Below are positions 1 through 12,918 of a stretch of 64,000 nt of DNA, one piece after another. Every line of letters begins with the position of its first letter. Positions within the stretch are counted from its first letter, which is position 1. Where the stretch lies: the NCBI GenBank assembly GCA_000002445.1, contig CP000071.1, positions 96,001 to 160,000 on the forward strand, read 5' to 3'. The position numbers were made by a program, and so were the translations under genes. The notes under the pieces were generated by a model. The model had not been told where the DNA came from, ran no database searches, and saw only the letters and a list, made by a program, of their open reading frames with translations. This DNA comes from Trypanosoma brucei (Eukaryota).

Positions 1-173
1 AGTGTAGTCAAGCAAAAACCCCTGAGGAATGCGCTGCAGTAAAAGGTGATATTCCAAAAGATAAAAAATCTGTTTGCGGATGGATAGAAGGAAAGTGTCA
101 GAATTCAAGTTTTCCCGTCAATAAGAAATTGACTCTAATGGTTTCTGCATTTGTGAGTATTGCAGCATTTTAG
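1..173 (+). CDS. VSG: VSG C-terminal end, 3' partial (…KCQNSSFPVNKKLTLMVSAFVSIAAF*); the upstream part lies outside the window
   Basis: Direct translation gives the Cys-containing C-terminal motif plus a hydrophobic GPI-signal tail ending at TAG 171-173. It is followed by a VSG-type 3'UTR with 'tgaaatattttaacat' at 254-269. Confidence 0.7.
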   Translation, partial: CSQAKTPEECAAVKGDIPKDKKSVCGWIEGKCQNSSFPVNKKLTLMVSAFVSIAAF

Positions 174-499
174 CGTTTTAAGAACTTTTGCTTAATTTTA
201 TGAAAATTATAAAATTTGGCATTTAGAGTTAATTTGATAAAACCTCTAAAATTTGAAATATTTTAACATATTTTCAATAAAAATGTGTAGGTTACTGAAA
301 CGTCTTTAAGAATCTAATTTTTTTCAAAAATTATTGAAAAGATGAAACATATGAGAACTTTACCAAAAGTGTGTATGATGGTAACCTATGGGTGTAAAAT
401 AGTAGAATGATATTGTATGAAAACGAGTGGTATTCTGAAACGTTTGCTGGTTTTATGTATTTGTGTTTATTTTTTTGTTTGTTTACTTTATGGAGATTA

Positions 500-651
500 G
501 TTAGTGTTATAATAATAATAATATTTATAGGCGTGTATTTTGAGTGTGTATATACGAATATTATAATAAGAGTAGTCATAATAATAATAATAGTAATAAT
601 AGAAGAGTGTAGTGAGAGTGTGTATATACGAATATTATACTAAGAGTAGTC

Positions 652-701
<50 letters not shown>

Positions 702-745
702 AATAGAAGAGTCTTGTGAGTGTGAGTATATACTAAAGTTGTAGT
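500..745 (+). repeat. 70-bp repeat tract (VSG-associated)
   Basis: Runs of (ATA/TAA/TGA)n alternate with 'gagtgtgtatatacgaatattata(a/c)taagag' cores, repeated about 3 times. Confidence 0.85.
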
Positions 746-2580
746 GGAGTCCAAATGCACCGGAAAATATAAGTACTTAAAACAATGGCAAGGGTGCAAT
801 TGGAGAAAGTGAATGAGTAATAGCGATGGGGAGAGAAGTAGGAATATTATCATTGAGGGAGTGCAGCAAGATAGAGAAAAGAAGATGGATTATGCGAAGT
901 TTGGAAGACAATCATAACTGAGCATACTCATACACAAATGTGTTATGGAAGAGACAATTAGAAACCAACATAGTCAAATTTTAGTCGGAAGCCAAATGGA
1001 GTAGTTGTGTCGTCCGGAATGATAGAAAATGTAGGCGAAGATGTGGGGCATAAAAAACAGAATGAAACAACTGAATGTGAAAAAGTTTAGCAGAGAGAGA
1101 AAAACAATACATTAGGAACTCTCGATGGTGATCCATCTTTCACTAAAAAGTGGATATACCATGCTGTCGTAACATTGTTGAGTATGGTTTTGAGTTTGAC
1201 AGCGAATTATAACCTGGACCCTGGGAGAAGAAGGGACAGAATCATGAATAAGGAATTGGGTGAGTGTGAGGTAATTTCAAATTCTTCTTTTCGGATATAG
1301 TGATAATGGGAAACATACATGGAAAAAATATAATATTATCTGGAGGATAATTTTAATTATGGAAATATTAATGGATTACTGTTCACAGCAGAAAGATAAT
1401 TAAAACGAAAAAAACTGCTAAACGTAGCGCGTGCACCAAGCTATGAAGGAGCTTCATATGAAGTACACAACGATTGTGCTGATACTCTCACCTCCCCTGA
1501 TTGTTCAAAGGTAAACCGTTAATCCCTTTAAAAGAGTGTATGGCTCATATAATAATACACAATTACTTAGCATTGGCGAACTGCACCAAGAAACGTTAAA
1601 TCAAAAGAATACAAACAGGACATAAGTTGAAAAGAAATAGATGAAAAATAACGACAATAAGCCAGTACAACAGGCATAAAACTCAATGTTATGTGGTTGA
1701 GCGAAGATTCAGCTGTATGTCGTCACTGAAGATGCGTTAACACAGCAAAAACCGAGACGGATTACAAATGGACAGCAGTTGTAAGTGTTAGATGCTTTGG
1801 TAATAAATATAGAATGGTATAGTTTGGATCTTAAAATAGAGATTCTGTACTCCAACTGAGAGATATTTTATCTAAACACTGATTCCCGAGAAGATGCAGT
1901 CTGCAGTAACTTTTATACAGCATTAAACAACGCAGAAACCCGTATATTTCTAACTCCCTGCGATTTGTTATTTTTATGGAAGCTGCTCTGCAACGGCAAA
2001 CATGAGCATGCAGATATCTGTCTGTTAAGTATCACGAGCACAAAAAATCGGAGGGAAGCTGTACTGTGACAGATGAAGACGCTAAAGGTTACAAAAGACT
2101 GGGTGAAAAGACACCACAACTAGCGACTGGGATGATTGTCATTGACGTACTTGTCAAACATTGTTACTTAGCAGGGCAATAGGTTTTTCAAAAGTATCAC
2201 ATGATAAACATGGGATATTCAGAAAATTCAGCGGTAGAAAACCGTAAGGGGTAAATAGAAAAGAGTCCTTTTTGTGAAAAAGTTTAGAAGTCATAACGAT
2301 TAGCGCTGAAAACATCGAAACTGTAGTCAATATGAGCATTTAGAGCTGGATGAAAATTCTTTTGCAAATACTTCCTGTGGCATCTAAGCTTAACCGCAAA
2401 TAATATTTTGTTACAAGGACACCAAAACAAAGGCCAGAAAGCCACTTGGGGAAAGAAAGCGGTACCACAACCTTGACAATCTTCTCAGCAGCAACAAAAG
2501 TAATATTAGACAAAACTCCTTATACGCGAGAAAGCAGTATTCTTATCCAACTTAGCGACGGCAAGGAGTGAGACCACAAA

Positions 2581-4040
2581 ATGTCAGCCCTCAAATGGAA
2601 GATTCAAGCAGCAATCCTATTTGTATTTACAGTTACTGCAGCTAAAGAAGCTGTAAAGCCTGGCGAAGATGAGGCAACGCAAGCCTCGAAAACCATTTGC
2701 CATGAGCTGCAATACAACACAGTAGCAGCAAAAAAACTTCGAAACGCGGTTAATTCGGCGTACGGAGAAGCAAACACAGAGGGTGATCTAGCGGCAGCGC
2801 ACAGGCTTGCAGCCCTTTACACCCTTGATAACCACAAAGCACTCAGACAGCAAGCGCTCGCGGCAATAGCCGAAAGTTACGCCCGAAGCAAGAGAATGGC
2901 AGCACAAGAAAACGACAGAAAACTCACACCGGCCATAGTGGCACTTCGAGACCGCGCAACACAATTGTACATTTTACGAAGAAAGCATGTGAAGGAGACC
3001 GCGACTCCTGCGACTGGCACGTGGAATTCGGTACAGAGCTCACAAAAGACCGTCACACACCACTGTAATACAGTTTTCACGACAATGAAGGTGAAAGCAG
3101 ACAACTGATCGCTAGAGACGTCGGAACTGGGACAAATAAAAGCAGCTAACATCAAACAAGACCAGATAGGGAAAGTAAGGATGACACCCGAATCAATCTT
3201 CAAAAAACAAACCATAACAGCAAGCGCGCAATCGGAAGACACCGCAGGCTCATACAACTCAGCGTCAAGCACCAAGGGGTACTGCACCGAAACCAAAAAC
3301 GCTGCATCTGCAGCTACAAACATCCTGGGATGCACACTGACAGTTGCAGCAACGACCGTCAAACTCGAATGTCAGCAGCTATTCGACAGCCCGAAAACAA
3401 CAGACAATAGCAAGACACACGACCTATACAAGCCGTGGGCGACAATAATACAGGAATACTTGCTGCACGTCCTCTATGAGGTGATTACACACAATAAGAC
3501 GACAATACAAAGCATCGCCAACATAACAATAGCAAGCCTACAAGCATAGAACGCCGCTCTCATCGCTGCAAAAACAACCAACGGTGTAGTCAAGAAGATA
3601 TCCGAGCTCTCAACAGAAAAGAGAAACCGATTGATAGAAGAAACATTTTCGAAGGACAAAAAATATTCGACAAGCAATACAAAAACGATATTAAAACCGA
3701 CAAGAAGAACATAAAAGTGGATGCAATAGACGTAACCGATACGCTGTTAAACACCGTGAAAGGCAACCAAGCAGAGCAAATCAGTGCGTACACGGAAGCT
3801 TGAAACTTGAAAAGAAGCGTCAAAACAGCGACAATCACAGCGGAAAGAGAAACAACAAATTCCCAAAAGAAGAAATATAAATCAATAACAAACAAAGAAA
3901 AATCAAAAGAGAATACGGGTGTGAATTAAAAGGTTATATTTGCGTGTAAAAAGAGGGGGCTAAAGTGTAAAGAACAGAAAATAAGGGAAACACCGCAGAA
4001 AAAAATTCTGATGTAGTTACAATTCCTTTATTGCTTCTAT
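2581..4040 (+). pseudogene. VSG: VSG pseudogene; the A-type N-terminal domain with signal peptide is intact, the downstream part is frameshifted
   Basis: ATG at 2581 opens 'MSALKWKIQAAILFVFTVTA…' (signal peptide plus Ala/Leu-rich VSG N-terminal domain). The frame breaks near 3108 and the reading continues in other frames (3181..3549). A degenerate Cys-rich C-terminus and a VSG-like 3'UTR ('tttaatattttttaacac') follow at about 4120. Confidence 0.7.
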
Positions 4041-4294
4041 AATTATTTTTCTCAAAGATTTTGCTTATTTTTTCAATTTTATGCAAATTTTCTACTTTGA
4101 AAAAATCTGATAAGGTTTCATGAAATTTAATATTTTTTAACACTTTTGAAAATCTTTTCAAAATGTGAAGACTTTAAAACTAGGAAATTTTTGTTTCAAA
4201 TTTTCCTGAGAGTTTAAAGTGGTTTGATAAAAGTGAAAATTGTGTGCTAGTCTAAATTTGTTTAATTTCGTGGGTATTAGGAGTAATTTAGGGT

Positions 4295-4445
4295 TGCCAT
4301 AATAATAATAATAGGAGTGTGTTGTAAGAGTGTATATACGAATATTATTATAACAAAATTAATAATAATAATAATAACGATAATGATAGTGATAGTGATT
4401 GGAGAGTGTTGTGAGTGTGTATATACTAATCTTGTAATGAGAGTT
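4295..4445 (+). repeat. 70-bp repeat tract
   Basis: 'ataataataataggagtgtgttgtaagagtgtatatacgaatattattataac…gagagtgttgtgagtgtgtatatactaat'. Confidence 0.85.
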
Positions 4446-5324
4446 TTGCGTACAGAAATAAACTCCAAAATAGAGGAACTTAAAATAATTGAAAGTGATC
4501 AACGGGAGCAAGTAGGTTTTCGAGAAAGGTTGAGAAAAGAAAAGGAGACGAAATGTGTTTAGATTCAAGCAACAATACGACGATGCTCATCATTATACAC
4601 AAAGAGATGATGGAGGGTTAATACGAAAGAGACAATGTACAAACCTAGTGGAGTCACAGCGTTACTCAATCCACCACCATCACAGAAAGTTGTGATATAT
4701 AAGTATTATCAAGAAAAAATTGGATTTCATATCTCACTATATAATGGATATATTCTTTTCAGAGATGACTGCAGCAGCAGCAGGAGTGGTTCTAAACGCT
4801 ACGCTGATGGAAGTCTTGTGATCGAAACCGTGATGGTTGTGGTAGTTATCACTAGTAACTGGTAAACTTCTGAGCATATCTGAACTAATCAATGCAAAAA
4901 GATACTTCCATTAACATAACTATACATAGGGGTGAAATGTGAAGAATACAATAAATGAGTTGAATTCCTCTAGCGTGCTCTGCACCAGCTGTTGCTAATC
5001 ATGACTTCTAAAACAAAAGACTGTAGATGCTTGCTCAAAGGTAAGCTGAACACACTAAGAATGCATTTTTCAGCAGATACATCATAACAATATAAAGGCG
5101 ATACTTATGTATATAAAACCGTTTCTTAACTAAACAGCTTAGTAGTACATCTGGCTTATTTTCCTTGAGTTTTCTACGTTTTTTCTAATAACAGCCTAAA
5201 ATTATAAAGGTATATTAGGCAATAAAGTTAAGTATATTGAGAAATTTACTACTACCGTTGTTATTACATTGGGTATTTAAGTACAGTATCTCTTGAAAGT
5301 GAGAAAGTAAATAACATAAACAAT

Positions 5325-6140
5325 GTGTCAGTGAATGATACTAAGAAACCAATAGTGTTTGTAGTTGTAGCTCAAACTCATGCACCTCAAGGATGGTGCA
5401 GGCTCATATTGAGTGTCAAACTAAGTAATGTTGAAACTATTACAGTTGAAATGGGAGGTTTGTATAGTCATGTTAAAAGGACTAGATGGGTTATGGAATA
5501 TATAGAAAAACAGAATGCAAGTGATGAGGATATTGTAATAACTGTTGATGGATCTGATGTTATTGTTACTGATCGTGATATATATGAAAATTCTGTGGAA
5601 TATTTTATGCAAAATACTGCTGAAAATGAAGAGAGTTTTAGTGAAGATGAAATAGTGAAGGAAAATCAAGTTTCACCGATTCAGTTTATAACAACTGCTG
5701 ATTGTACTGCAACTCAGTTGGACGTCATAGTTTATTCGGTCCACAAAGAACATACAGAACGCTGTCGATGGTTTTTGGAGATGGTAAGCACGATAAAAGA
5801 AGAGAAAGGTCCACCATCTCTACTTAAATTTCCAGAAACTGGCAAGCCTTATCTCGGGGGCGGTAATTTAATAGCACGAGTGTGGGCATTTAAGAGGTTT
5901 AAAGCCACCTTTAATGAATTAATTGGAGTGGAGGATGCATAGTGGTCAAAGCAGAGTATTTACATTTCCTTGCGATTGTGGGGTGTGAAGAAGGAAAGCA
6001 AAGTCGGCTGTATATTCGTTTCGCAAAGGGGGCTGATAGGATTAGATTACGACGAGCGGTTTTTCTCAGTCCATTACAAAATTTCGTTGGGAAACCCTGC
6101 GTTCCTTCACTTTCCAGGGCATCCACTTGCATAGAATGCT
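5325..6140 (+). pseudogene. ESAG3-like gene fragment in two parts (the family name is putative; contains a 'VDGSDVIV' DxD-like motif); no in-frame ATG
   Basis: ORF 5325..5942 opens with GTG, not ATG. A second segment '…DYDERFFSVHYKISLGNPAFLHFPGHPLA' follows in a different frame at about 6040-6140. The same two-part unit recurs at 9130..10006 and 28414..29289, each time between a 70-bp tract and a VSG. Assignment to ESAG3 rests on the known abundance of ESAG3 pseudogenes in T. brucei VSG arrays, not on a recognised alignment. Confidence 0.4.
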
Positions 6141-6528
6141 AAACCGAAATTAATTTAGAAAACTTTTACTTGGTTCAAGAATTTGTAAGGAAAGCATTTC
6201 AGCACGACAGATTTGGGGAAAATTCAAGCTTATGCAATATCTGGAGAGAGATTAAATTTGGATTACCAAAGTGTTTGTGGAAATGCGTTTAAAGAGGGGG
6301 ATTCGTTTAAGGCTAATAAGTTGTAAAAAATAAAAGCAAAATTAACCGCTGTGAAAGTAAGTCAAGAGTATCTCCGAGCGATAAACTCTATGTTCAGAGG
6401 TGATAATCAGGGACCACTTGCGAGAAGAAGCGGCGGCCCAACCACTATATCAGCTTCAAACGGTCAAGGGAGAGCGAATTCCATGGTTTCCCAAAAAGCC
6501 ATTTTCTAAATACGAGACAGACCCGAAG

Positions 6529-8019
6529 ATGCCTAAAAATTCAATAGCAATAGCTACAGCTCTAATTTTAGCATTCCATCCAAGCATGGCAGCTGATGGT
6601 GACGCTATTGCAGCCGCGCACGCACTGTGCCTAGCGTGGAGCGCAGCGCGTCATGGTAAAATAGTGGAAGATACAGACGTCCAGACGCCAGTTGCTTATA
6701 CCGATCTGATGAACCTGAACACGACTCTGGCGGATGATGCATGGAGAGCGATGTTCGAGACCTCCGAAGGCAAAGAAAGCTGGACGGATTATAAGAAGTT
6801 GCGCGACACCGACCTCAAAACGATCGACTGGGGTGACCGGTGGGATGAATGGAAGACAGCACACACCGAAACAAAGGACCCACAACACGCGTGACACAAG
6901 AAATACGGCACAACACCGACGAAAAAGCCAGGCAACTACAGGCGCCAATATATAAACGCCACTGCGGCGCAGGCACTGCAGCTCTTAGCCTAATATAAGG
7001 CAAAACTGCAAGGCGAGGAAAAGGGTCTAGCCGAAGAAATAAACGACCTTTTGGACCAAGCCATTTGCTCGTCACCACTAGCGAAACAACCAACGGAGCC
7101 AACATGCAACGATGTGCCAGGCGGTGCGGTAAAAAGCACGACTTGTACAGCGGCCAACGCAGGCAAGTCAATAGCCCACGACATTGTTTGTCTGTGCGCA
7201 GTACAGGACGACACAGATAGCTGCGCCACGACAAACATTCAAGCGAACATGATAAGCACAACAAACTTTCACGCCAACGCCCTCAAAACAGCAACGGAAC
7301 TATGCGGGATCAACAAAAAGTCAGAAGACCTTGCAGACGCGATAACAGAAGCGATAGCAGCGCTAGCAGGACAGATCTCTAACGTGGCAACAGGCGAGCA
7401 TAAACCAATCCTTGGAAAAATGCACAACGGCAACGCATGTACCGGGACTGACACGGCTTGTGTTGACTACACAAACAAATTTACACAAGGAGAAAAGGGA
7501 CTAACTGCTATTCCTTGGATATCCGCCCTTATCAAGGCGAGAAGCAAATACAGACAGTACGAGCAGCAGATGGCACAGAAAGCCACAACAGAGGCCCAAA
7601 TAAAACAGCTATTAAGGGAAGCACTTAAAGAGTACAACAGACCTGACGCAGCCCAGCAGCCTCTGAGCGTACAAAAACCATTAAAAAACCTAGAACCCGA
7701 GGATCTAACAGAAAAACAAAAGAAAGAATGCGAAGACATAACAAAATCTCAAGAGTGCAAAAGCAATGGAAACTGCAAATGGGAAGGACCTGAAGACAAA
7801 GATGGAAAACACTGCAAATTGAATGCCACAGCAGCAGAACAACAAGCAACCCAAGCAGGAACAGGAGGAACCAAAAAAACGTCAGAATACAAAGATAAGC
7901 AACAGAAAGATTGCACTAGAAACTGCAAATGGGAAAATAATGCTTGCAAAGATTATAGTTTTACTGTCAATAAGAAATTTGCTTTGATCGCTGCTGCTTT
8001 TGTGAGTTTTCTATTTTAA
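6529..8019 (+). pseudogene. VSG: VSG pseudogene, one internal frameshift/stop near 6892-7050
   Basis: ATG at 6529 gives 'MPKNSIAIATALILAFHPSMA' (signal peptide) plus an N-terminal domain up to the stop at 6892. The reading resumes in another frame (7051..8019) through 'DIVCLCA', a C-terminal Cys-rich domain ('CKWEGPEDKDGKHCK', 'CKWENNACKDYSF') and the GPI signal 'TVNKKFALIAAAFVSFLF*'. Confidence 0.8.
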
Positions 8020-8052
8020 AATTTTAGAAATTTAAGGATTTCTTTTTACCCT

Positions 8053-8068
8053 GATATATTTTAACACT
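8053..8068 (+). promoter_or_regulatory. Conserved VSG 3'UTR 16-mer, exact 'TGATATATTTTAACAC'
   Basis: Exact match to the canonical VSG 3'UTR mRNA-stability element, about 35 nt after the VSG stop at 8019. Variants sit behind other VSGs: 254-269, about 4125, 11801-11816, about 14520, 17783-17798, about 20770, 23989-24006, about 31066, about 38268. Confidence 0.8.
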
Positions 8069-8299
8069 TTTTGATGAAACGTACAAACTTTTAAAAACTC
8101 GCAAGTTATAAAAATATGAAAATTTTGACAATGTGCGTAATGCTAGCATATAGGTACAAGGTATCAGAGTGATAGGATATAAAAAAATGAATGCTATTAT
8201 AATATGATTTTCCCCGTTTATTTTATAGATACTAGGATCGACTAATGGTTATAATAGTAACTGTAAAGAAAAAATATGCTAATAATTATTTTTGGAAAA

Positions 8300-8365
8300 G
8301 GGTGTTGTGAGTGTGTATACGCTACTATTTTTATAAAAGCTTTAATGATAATGATTGGAAGACAA
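8300..8365 (+). repeat. Degenerate single 70-bp repeat
   Basis: 'gggtgttgtgagtgtgtatacgctactatttttataaaagctttaatgataatgattgg'. Confidence 0.5.
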
Positions 8366-9129
8366 AATAAAATAACTTACTACAATGGAAAGGGTGCAAA
8401 CTGAGTGAGTATAAGTGAGCATGAGTGAGTGAAAGAGGAATAGGAATATTGTCGCAAGAAAGAAAAAATGCAGATAAAGAGAAAGAAATGGAAAAAGCAC
8501 AGTTTAAAAAACAAATATGAATATTGGAATTATAATAACCAAGATGATGGAAGGACAATATTGGAGAGACAGAGTCCATGCTCAGTGAAAATTGAACCTT
8601 TGACGTATCCATAGTGATGGAACGTGCATGATAAAAGTAGATGATTGTTGTAGGTAACGCATCCACCAGCAGAAATCTTAGTATTTCTGAACCAACAACT
8701 ATAACAACTAGCTATTTTCATTCATATAGCAATGCATGGAGTGGAAATGTGAGTTTACTGAATAGCTGAAAGCATTTAGCGAAAAGATCTTTGTGTGGTT
8801 GAAGCTAAATAGAGAAACAATGTATGCGCACTCAAAAAAAACTGCAGACACTAAGCATACAATCATAAACACATCTATCATAACAATATGGAACAATTGA
8901 CAATATGCTTACACAGCGCTACCTTAAATAATAACATTATTGGTTAACCTCAACTCTTTTCATAAGGTTTCTATGATTCTCTTTCAACTCTCTGAAACTT
9001 ACAAGATAAATAAAGTCATATAATTTGATAACTCGAGAACTTTACTATTACCATTGTTATTACATTATTGTGTGTAAGATCAATGTCTCTTCAACATCAT
9101 ACAGGGAAAATATAACAAATAATATTACT

Positions 9130-10006
9130 AAGTATCCAAGAGTCTTTGTGGTTGTAGTTAAAACTCATGCAACTCAAGGATAGTATAGGCTAATATTCAG
9201 TGCGAAACTAAGCAATGTTGAAATTATTGCAGTTGCGATGGGATGTTTGTATAGCCATTTTAAAAGACTTAGATGGGTTATGTAATTTTTGGAGAAACAG
9301 AATGCAAGTGATGAGGATATTGTAATCCATTTGGATGGATATGACGTTACAGTTAGTGACTGAGATAAATATGAAAATGCTGTGGAATATTTTATGCAGA
9401 ATACTGCGGAAAATGAAGAGAAGTTTAGTGAAGATCTTGTGGGGAGATATTACTGATTTTCTAATGTCGGTTACAGAAAAGAGGATAAAAAGTTACCGCA
9501 TTTACTGAAATCACCTCCTAGTGTCAAATCTTATATTAGTGGTGGCGGTTTGATAGCTAAAGTGTGAGAATTTAAAAATTTGAAAAAGCGTCGAAGAGTT
9601 ACTAAAAGAAAGTGATGAGTGGTGACAAGAGCAACGTATTTATAAACCGTTGCTTATTTGACATGCGATTCAAGAAAAGGTTGTTGGACAGAAATTTGTT
9701 TTGGAGGAGGAACGTGATTGTGTAGATTATGAAGAAAGATTCATGTTGATTTCACATAGTGGTGAAAGTCGAGAAGCCCCATTCATTCATTTTACAGGAC
9801 AGACTATTGTTTGGGAGGCGCACGTGAAGTTGATTGTGAAAAGTCTTAGTTGGTATAGAGAATTGGAAGGAAAGAAATTTAGAAGAAAGCAGTTGTGTAA
9901 GATTCAAATATATGTGATCGATGGCAGGAAATTGGATCTTGAATATGCTAATGCTTGTGGTTATGTGTTTAATGATAGGAATTTGTTTAAAGCTAAGAAG
10001 TTGTAA
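9130..10006 (+). pseudogene. ESAG3-like pseudogene copy 2 (first half carries several stops; the second half is the ORF 9701..10006)
   Basis: 9130-9440 is a nucleotide paralog of 5330-5640 ('…aactcatgcaactcaaggatagtatagg…gtgatgaggatattgtaatccatttggatggatatgacg…') with in-frame stops. The ORF 'MEEERDCVDYEERFMLISHSGESREAPFIHFTGQTIVWE…' matches the second parts at 6040-6140 and 28936-29289. Confidence 0.45.
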
Positions 10007-10152
10007 CGTCATAAAATTAATAGGACATAAACCACATAGGCACAGCAAGGAGGCACAAGAACTCTGAAGTTTACTAACACTGTACACTTCCTAACCAATT
10101 ATGCCAAATCGAAAAAAATGTCAAAGGCTAAGAGGCGAATTAAGAGGCACAA

Positions 10153-11676
10153 ATGCAGCTACAACGACCATTTCTGCTAGTCCTTTTGCTAGTGCCGACA
10201 CAAACGTCAGCCCAAGTAGCGGAAGGCGACAACGCAGCGGTATACAAGCAGCTGTGTAAGTTAATCCGAATCGCAGAGGCGGCAGCAGATATTCCCGTAC
10301 CTCTTTCAGAAGACAAAGCAGACTACGACGCCCTTCACCTACTAAATGCGACCCTCAGCACACCAGAATGGCTAAAGCACTTCGACAAAAAAGGGCCGAC
10401 TAAGGAAAGGCCAACAGCACCGGAAGGCCCACAGGCAAGTGACCAAACTTGGAAGACGCGCTGGGCAAGCTGGCTTGCGGCCGCTACAAAACTAGATGAA
10501 GACGCAACTAAAACAAAGGTTTACAAAGACCTAAAAATTAGCCAACCAACCAAAGCGGAAAAGGAAGCGAGACGCATAGCGATCGCAACAGAATTAGAAG
10601 CCGCTTCCAGAGCTTCCAGCACATTAGCCGAAGCCAAAACCGAATTGGGTGATAACACGAAGCAGAAAGCTCAGGACGCCCTGGAAAAAGCGGCGTTCGG
10701 GAGCAAGGGGAAAACTGCAAGCTCCGCAGCGGCAGCGGACCTCACGAACGCAGGGCCGCCATCGGACGCAAACGACCTCTGCGGCTCACCAGGAACGTCA
10801 ACCGCAGCTGTTTCGCTAACGGGACTAATGATGTGTATTTGTGCAAAAACGGACGCCAGCAGCAAGGAGAAAGCATGCACATCAACCAGCGCGGACAGCA
10901 CAGCAGTAAACGGCAACTTTGCAAATCTAGGGACGTTGATGACAAAGCTAGTAGAAAATTGCCCAGAAAGGGATAAAAGAACACTCACAGGCAGCGAAAT
11001 AAGGCAAGCTCTTAGCGACTTAAAAGCTACCGCGACACGGTCCGACAGTCAAACTGTTTTCGGCAAATTCGTAGCTACCAATTGCCACGGGCACTCGAAC
11101 TCAGGTCAATGCGTCCTGTATAACGGCAATGTAGCCGCCTCAAGAAGCGCTATAGACGGCAGCAAATGGTCGACGGAGCTAACAAAAGCAGCGGCGGCGA
11201 TCGACGCGATAACGAAGCACAACGAGAAGGTAGCGGCAGCGCAGGAAAGAATCCGCCAAGCTAAGGAAGCTGTCATGACAATAATGCAACTGCCCCTGAT
11301 GCCTCATTCAACTCCAGGCATGGCAACAAATAGCAAAACAACACCAGCCGCCACAGACGCAGAGGCCAACCAGAAAAAATGTGACCAACACCACAACAAC
11401 AAAACAGAATGCGAAAAGCTAAAGTGCTCTTATGATGCGAATGCGGCAGATGGTAGAAAATGCAAACCTAAAGAGGGGGAAGGGCAGACAAACCAAGGAG
11501 AAGGAGATGGGGCTTCAGGGGCCACAGCAGCTTCAGCTGGATGTCCAGCACACAAAGATAAAAACACTTGTGAAAATGACAAAACAGGCGACAAGCAAAA
11601 TTGCGCATGGAGAAAGGGAAAAGATAACGAACCTGAACACGAAAAAGAAAAGTGCCGAAATGGTAGTTTTTTGTAA
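10153..11676 (+). CDS. VSG: VSG of 507 aa, 'atypical': a complete N- and C-terminal ORF but a 1-nt deletion/TAA puts the GPI-signal peptide out of frame
   Basis: ATG at 10153, signal 'MQLQRPFLLVLLLVPTQTSAQ', A-type N-terminal domain, two Cys-rich C-terminal subdomains, ends '…KCRNGSFL*'. Downstream, out of frame, lies '…NNKFALMTASFASLVAF', whose DNA is identical to the in-frame tail of the intact VSG at 30901-30989. The difference is 'ttttttgtaaat' here versus 'ttttctagtaaat' there. Confidence 0.8.
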   Translation: MQLQRPFLLVLLLVPTQTSAQVAEGDNAAVYKQLCKLIRIAEAAADIPVPLSEDKADYDALHLLNATLSTPEWLKHFDKKGPTKERPTAPEGPQASDQTWKTRWASWLAAATKLDEDATKTKVYKDLKISQPTKAEKEARRIAIATELEAASRASSTLAEAKTELGDNTKQKAQDALEKAAFGSKGKTASSAAAADLTNAGPPSDANDLCGSPGTSTAAVSLTGLMMCICAKTDASSKEKACTSTSADSTAVNGNFANLGTLMTKLVENCPERDKRTLTGSEIRQALSDLKATATRSDSQTVFGKFVATNCHGHSNSGQCVLYNGNVAASRSAIDGSKWSTELTKAAAAIDAITKHNEKVAAAQERIRQAKEAVMTIMQLPLMPHSTPGMATNSKTTPAATDAEANQKKCDQHHNNKTECEKLKCSYDANAADGRKCKPKEGEGQTNQGEGDGASGATAASAGCPAHKDKNTCENDKTGDKQNCAWRKGKDNEPEHEKEKCRNGSFL

Positions 11677-11716
11677 ATAATAAATTTGCTCTGATGACTG
11701 CTAGTTTTGCGAGTTT

Positions 11717-11984
11717 GGTAGCATTTAAGAATTCTAAGGATTTTTGTTAAATTAAATGAAATTTATGAAACTTTGTTATTTTAAAAGAATTTGGTAAAAT
11801 TGATATATTTTGACACTCATTGATGAAAATCGGTGAATTTTTCTAAAAATCAAAAAAATAAAAATTTGGTATGAAAGTAGAATATGGGTGCAAAGTAATA
11901 GGGTTAAAAGGTACAAAAATGAGTGCTATTCTAATTTTGTTTGATATTTTATAAATAATAATGATAATAATAGGAGAGTGTTGT
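11717..11984 (+). repeat. Segmental duplicate (VSG 3'UTR, downstream sequence and first 70-bp repeat), near-identical to 17699..17968
   Basis: By-eye comparison: 'ggtagcatttaagaattctaaggatttttgttaaattaaatgaaatttatgaaactttgttattttaaaagaatttggtaaaattgatatattttgacactcattgatgaaaatcggtgaatttttctaaaaatcaaaaaaataaaaatttggtatgaaagtagaatatgggtgcaaagtaatagggttaaaaggtacaaaaatgagtgctattctaattttgtttgatattttataaataataatgataataataggagagtgttgtga' is present at both sites. Confidence 0.85.
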
Positions 11985-12025
11985 GAGTGTGCATATACAA
12001 ATATTATAATAAAAGTGGTGGTTAT
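11945..12025 (+). repeat. 70-bp repeat (single unit)
   Basis: 'aataataatgataataataggagagtgttgtgagtgtgcatatacaaatattataataaaag'. Confidence 0.8.
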
Positions 12026-12918
12026 GAAAGAATGGACGGTCCAACGTTTAGTAGTTAAAACAATGGGAAGGCTACAATGAAAGTAATTGTGAAGAAAGAG
12101 ATGGAATTGTAGTATGCTCAGTTTAAAACACAGACATAAGGTTGGGAATCATTATACGCGAGGAGTTGATGAAGGGAAAATTCTGGCAAAGACTTACGTG
12201 CACAGGACAAATGGAGGCGCTAATTTATTCGAAGAAGTGGCGGTATTAAAAATAGGGAAGGTAAGTAAAACACGAAATGAAAGAAGGTAGTATGCGACAA
12301 TACAGAGAAGTCAAAAATTATGCAGCAGGAGGACATTTTGTGGCCGTATTTCATTAAAAAATGGAAATATGCAATGCAGGAGATGATGTTGTGATTGTGA
12401 TTTTTATTATGGTGTCTCAGCCTAATGAGAACCTCCGAGGACAGGGGACGCCATTTTGTAGGGCAGATGTGTGGGTTGTTTGAAGTAGTGAAAGGGCAGG
12501 CTGTTGAAGGCAGAGGGCAGAAAGTGCTATGGAGACCGAGGTCCATCTACCTTCGTTTTTCAGAACGAGTAAATGCTAACATCCAAACCAAATGTGTTAA
12601 ATCTGCGTCGGAGAAAAATGCCAAGCAAGAGCTACAGCTGAATTCGCAAGCTTTCACACATTTAATACGTTTTTATCGGCAACAGTTGGTGTTTTTATAA
12701 CGTTTTTGCATATTTATTTTTTTCAACGACAGCAAACACAGACCGATAAACCGCCGACACTAAATTAGAGGCACCAATAAGCAAGTGTAGTCTCCAACGT
12801 CAGCTTAAACCTTTGTAAAAAGGTAAAAAACCGCAGGCAAAACACTGAAACGCTGCAAAAGCAGCTTGCGAAACGCACAAAACAACCTTATCAGAACTGC
12901 AAACCATTACTAGTAGAC

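Noticed and set aside
331..853. Short ORFs within 70-bp repeat tracts (331..579, 407..643, 650..853, 4277..4568, 38303..38617), whose translations are Ile/Leu-rich.
   Set aside because: They are translations of TAA/TGA/ATA triplet repeats and the repeat core. They are not genes.
2877..3362. Antisense ORFs overlapping VSG coding sequence, for example 2877..3362(-), 6631..6948(-), 6815..7264(-), 10671..10988(-), 13188..13538(-), 16908..17159(-) and 29942..30313(-).
   Set aside because: They lie entirely inside sense-strand VSG genes or pseudogenes. Their compositions (Ala/Cys/Leu-rich) are the mirror of VSG codon usage, with no independent signals, so they are spurious.
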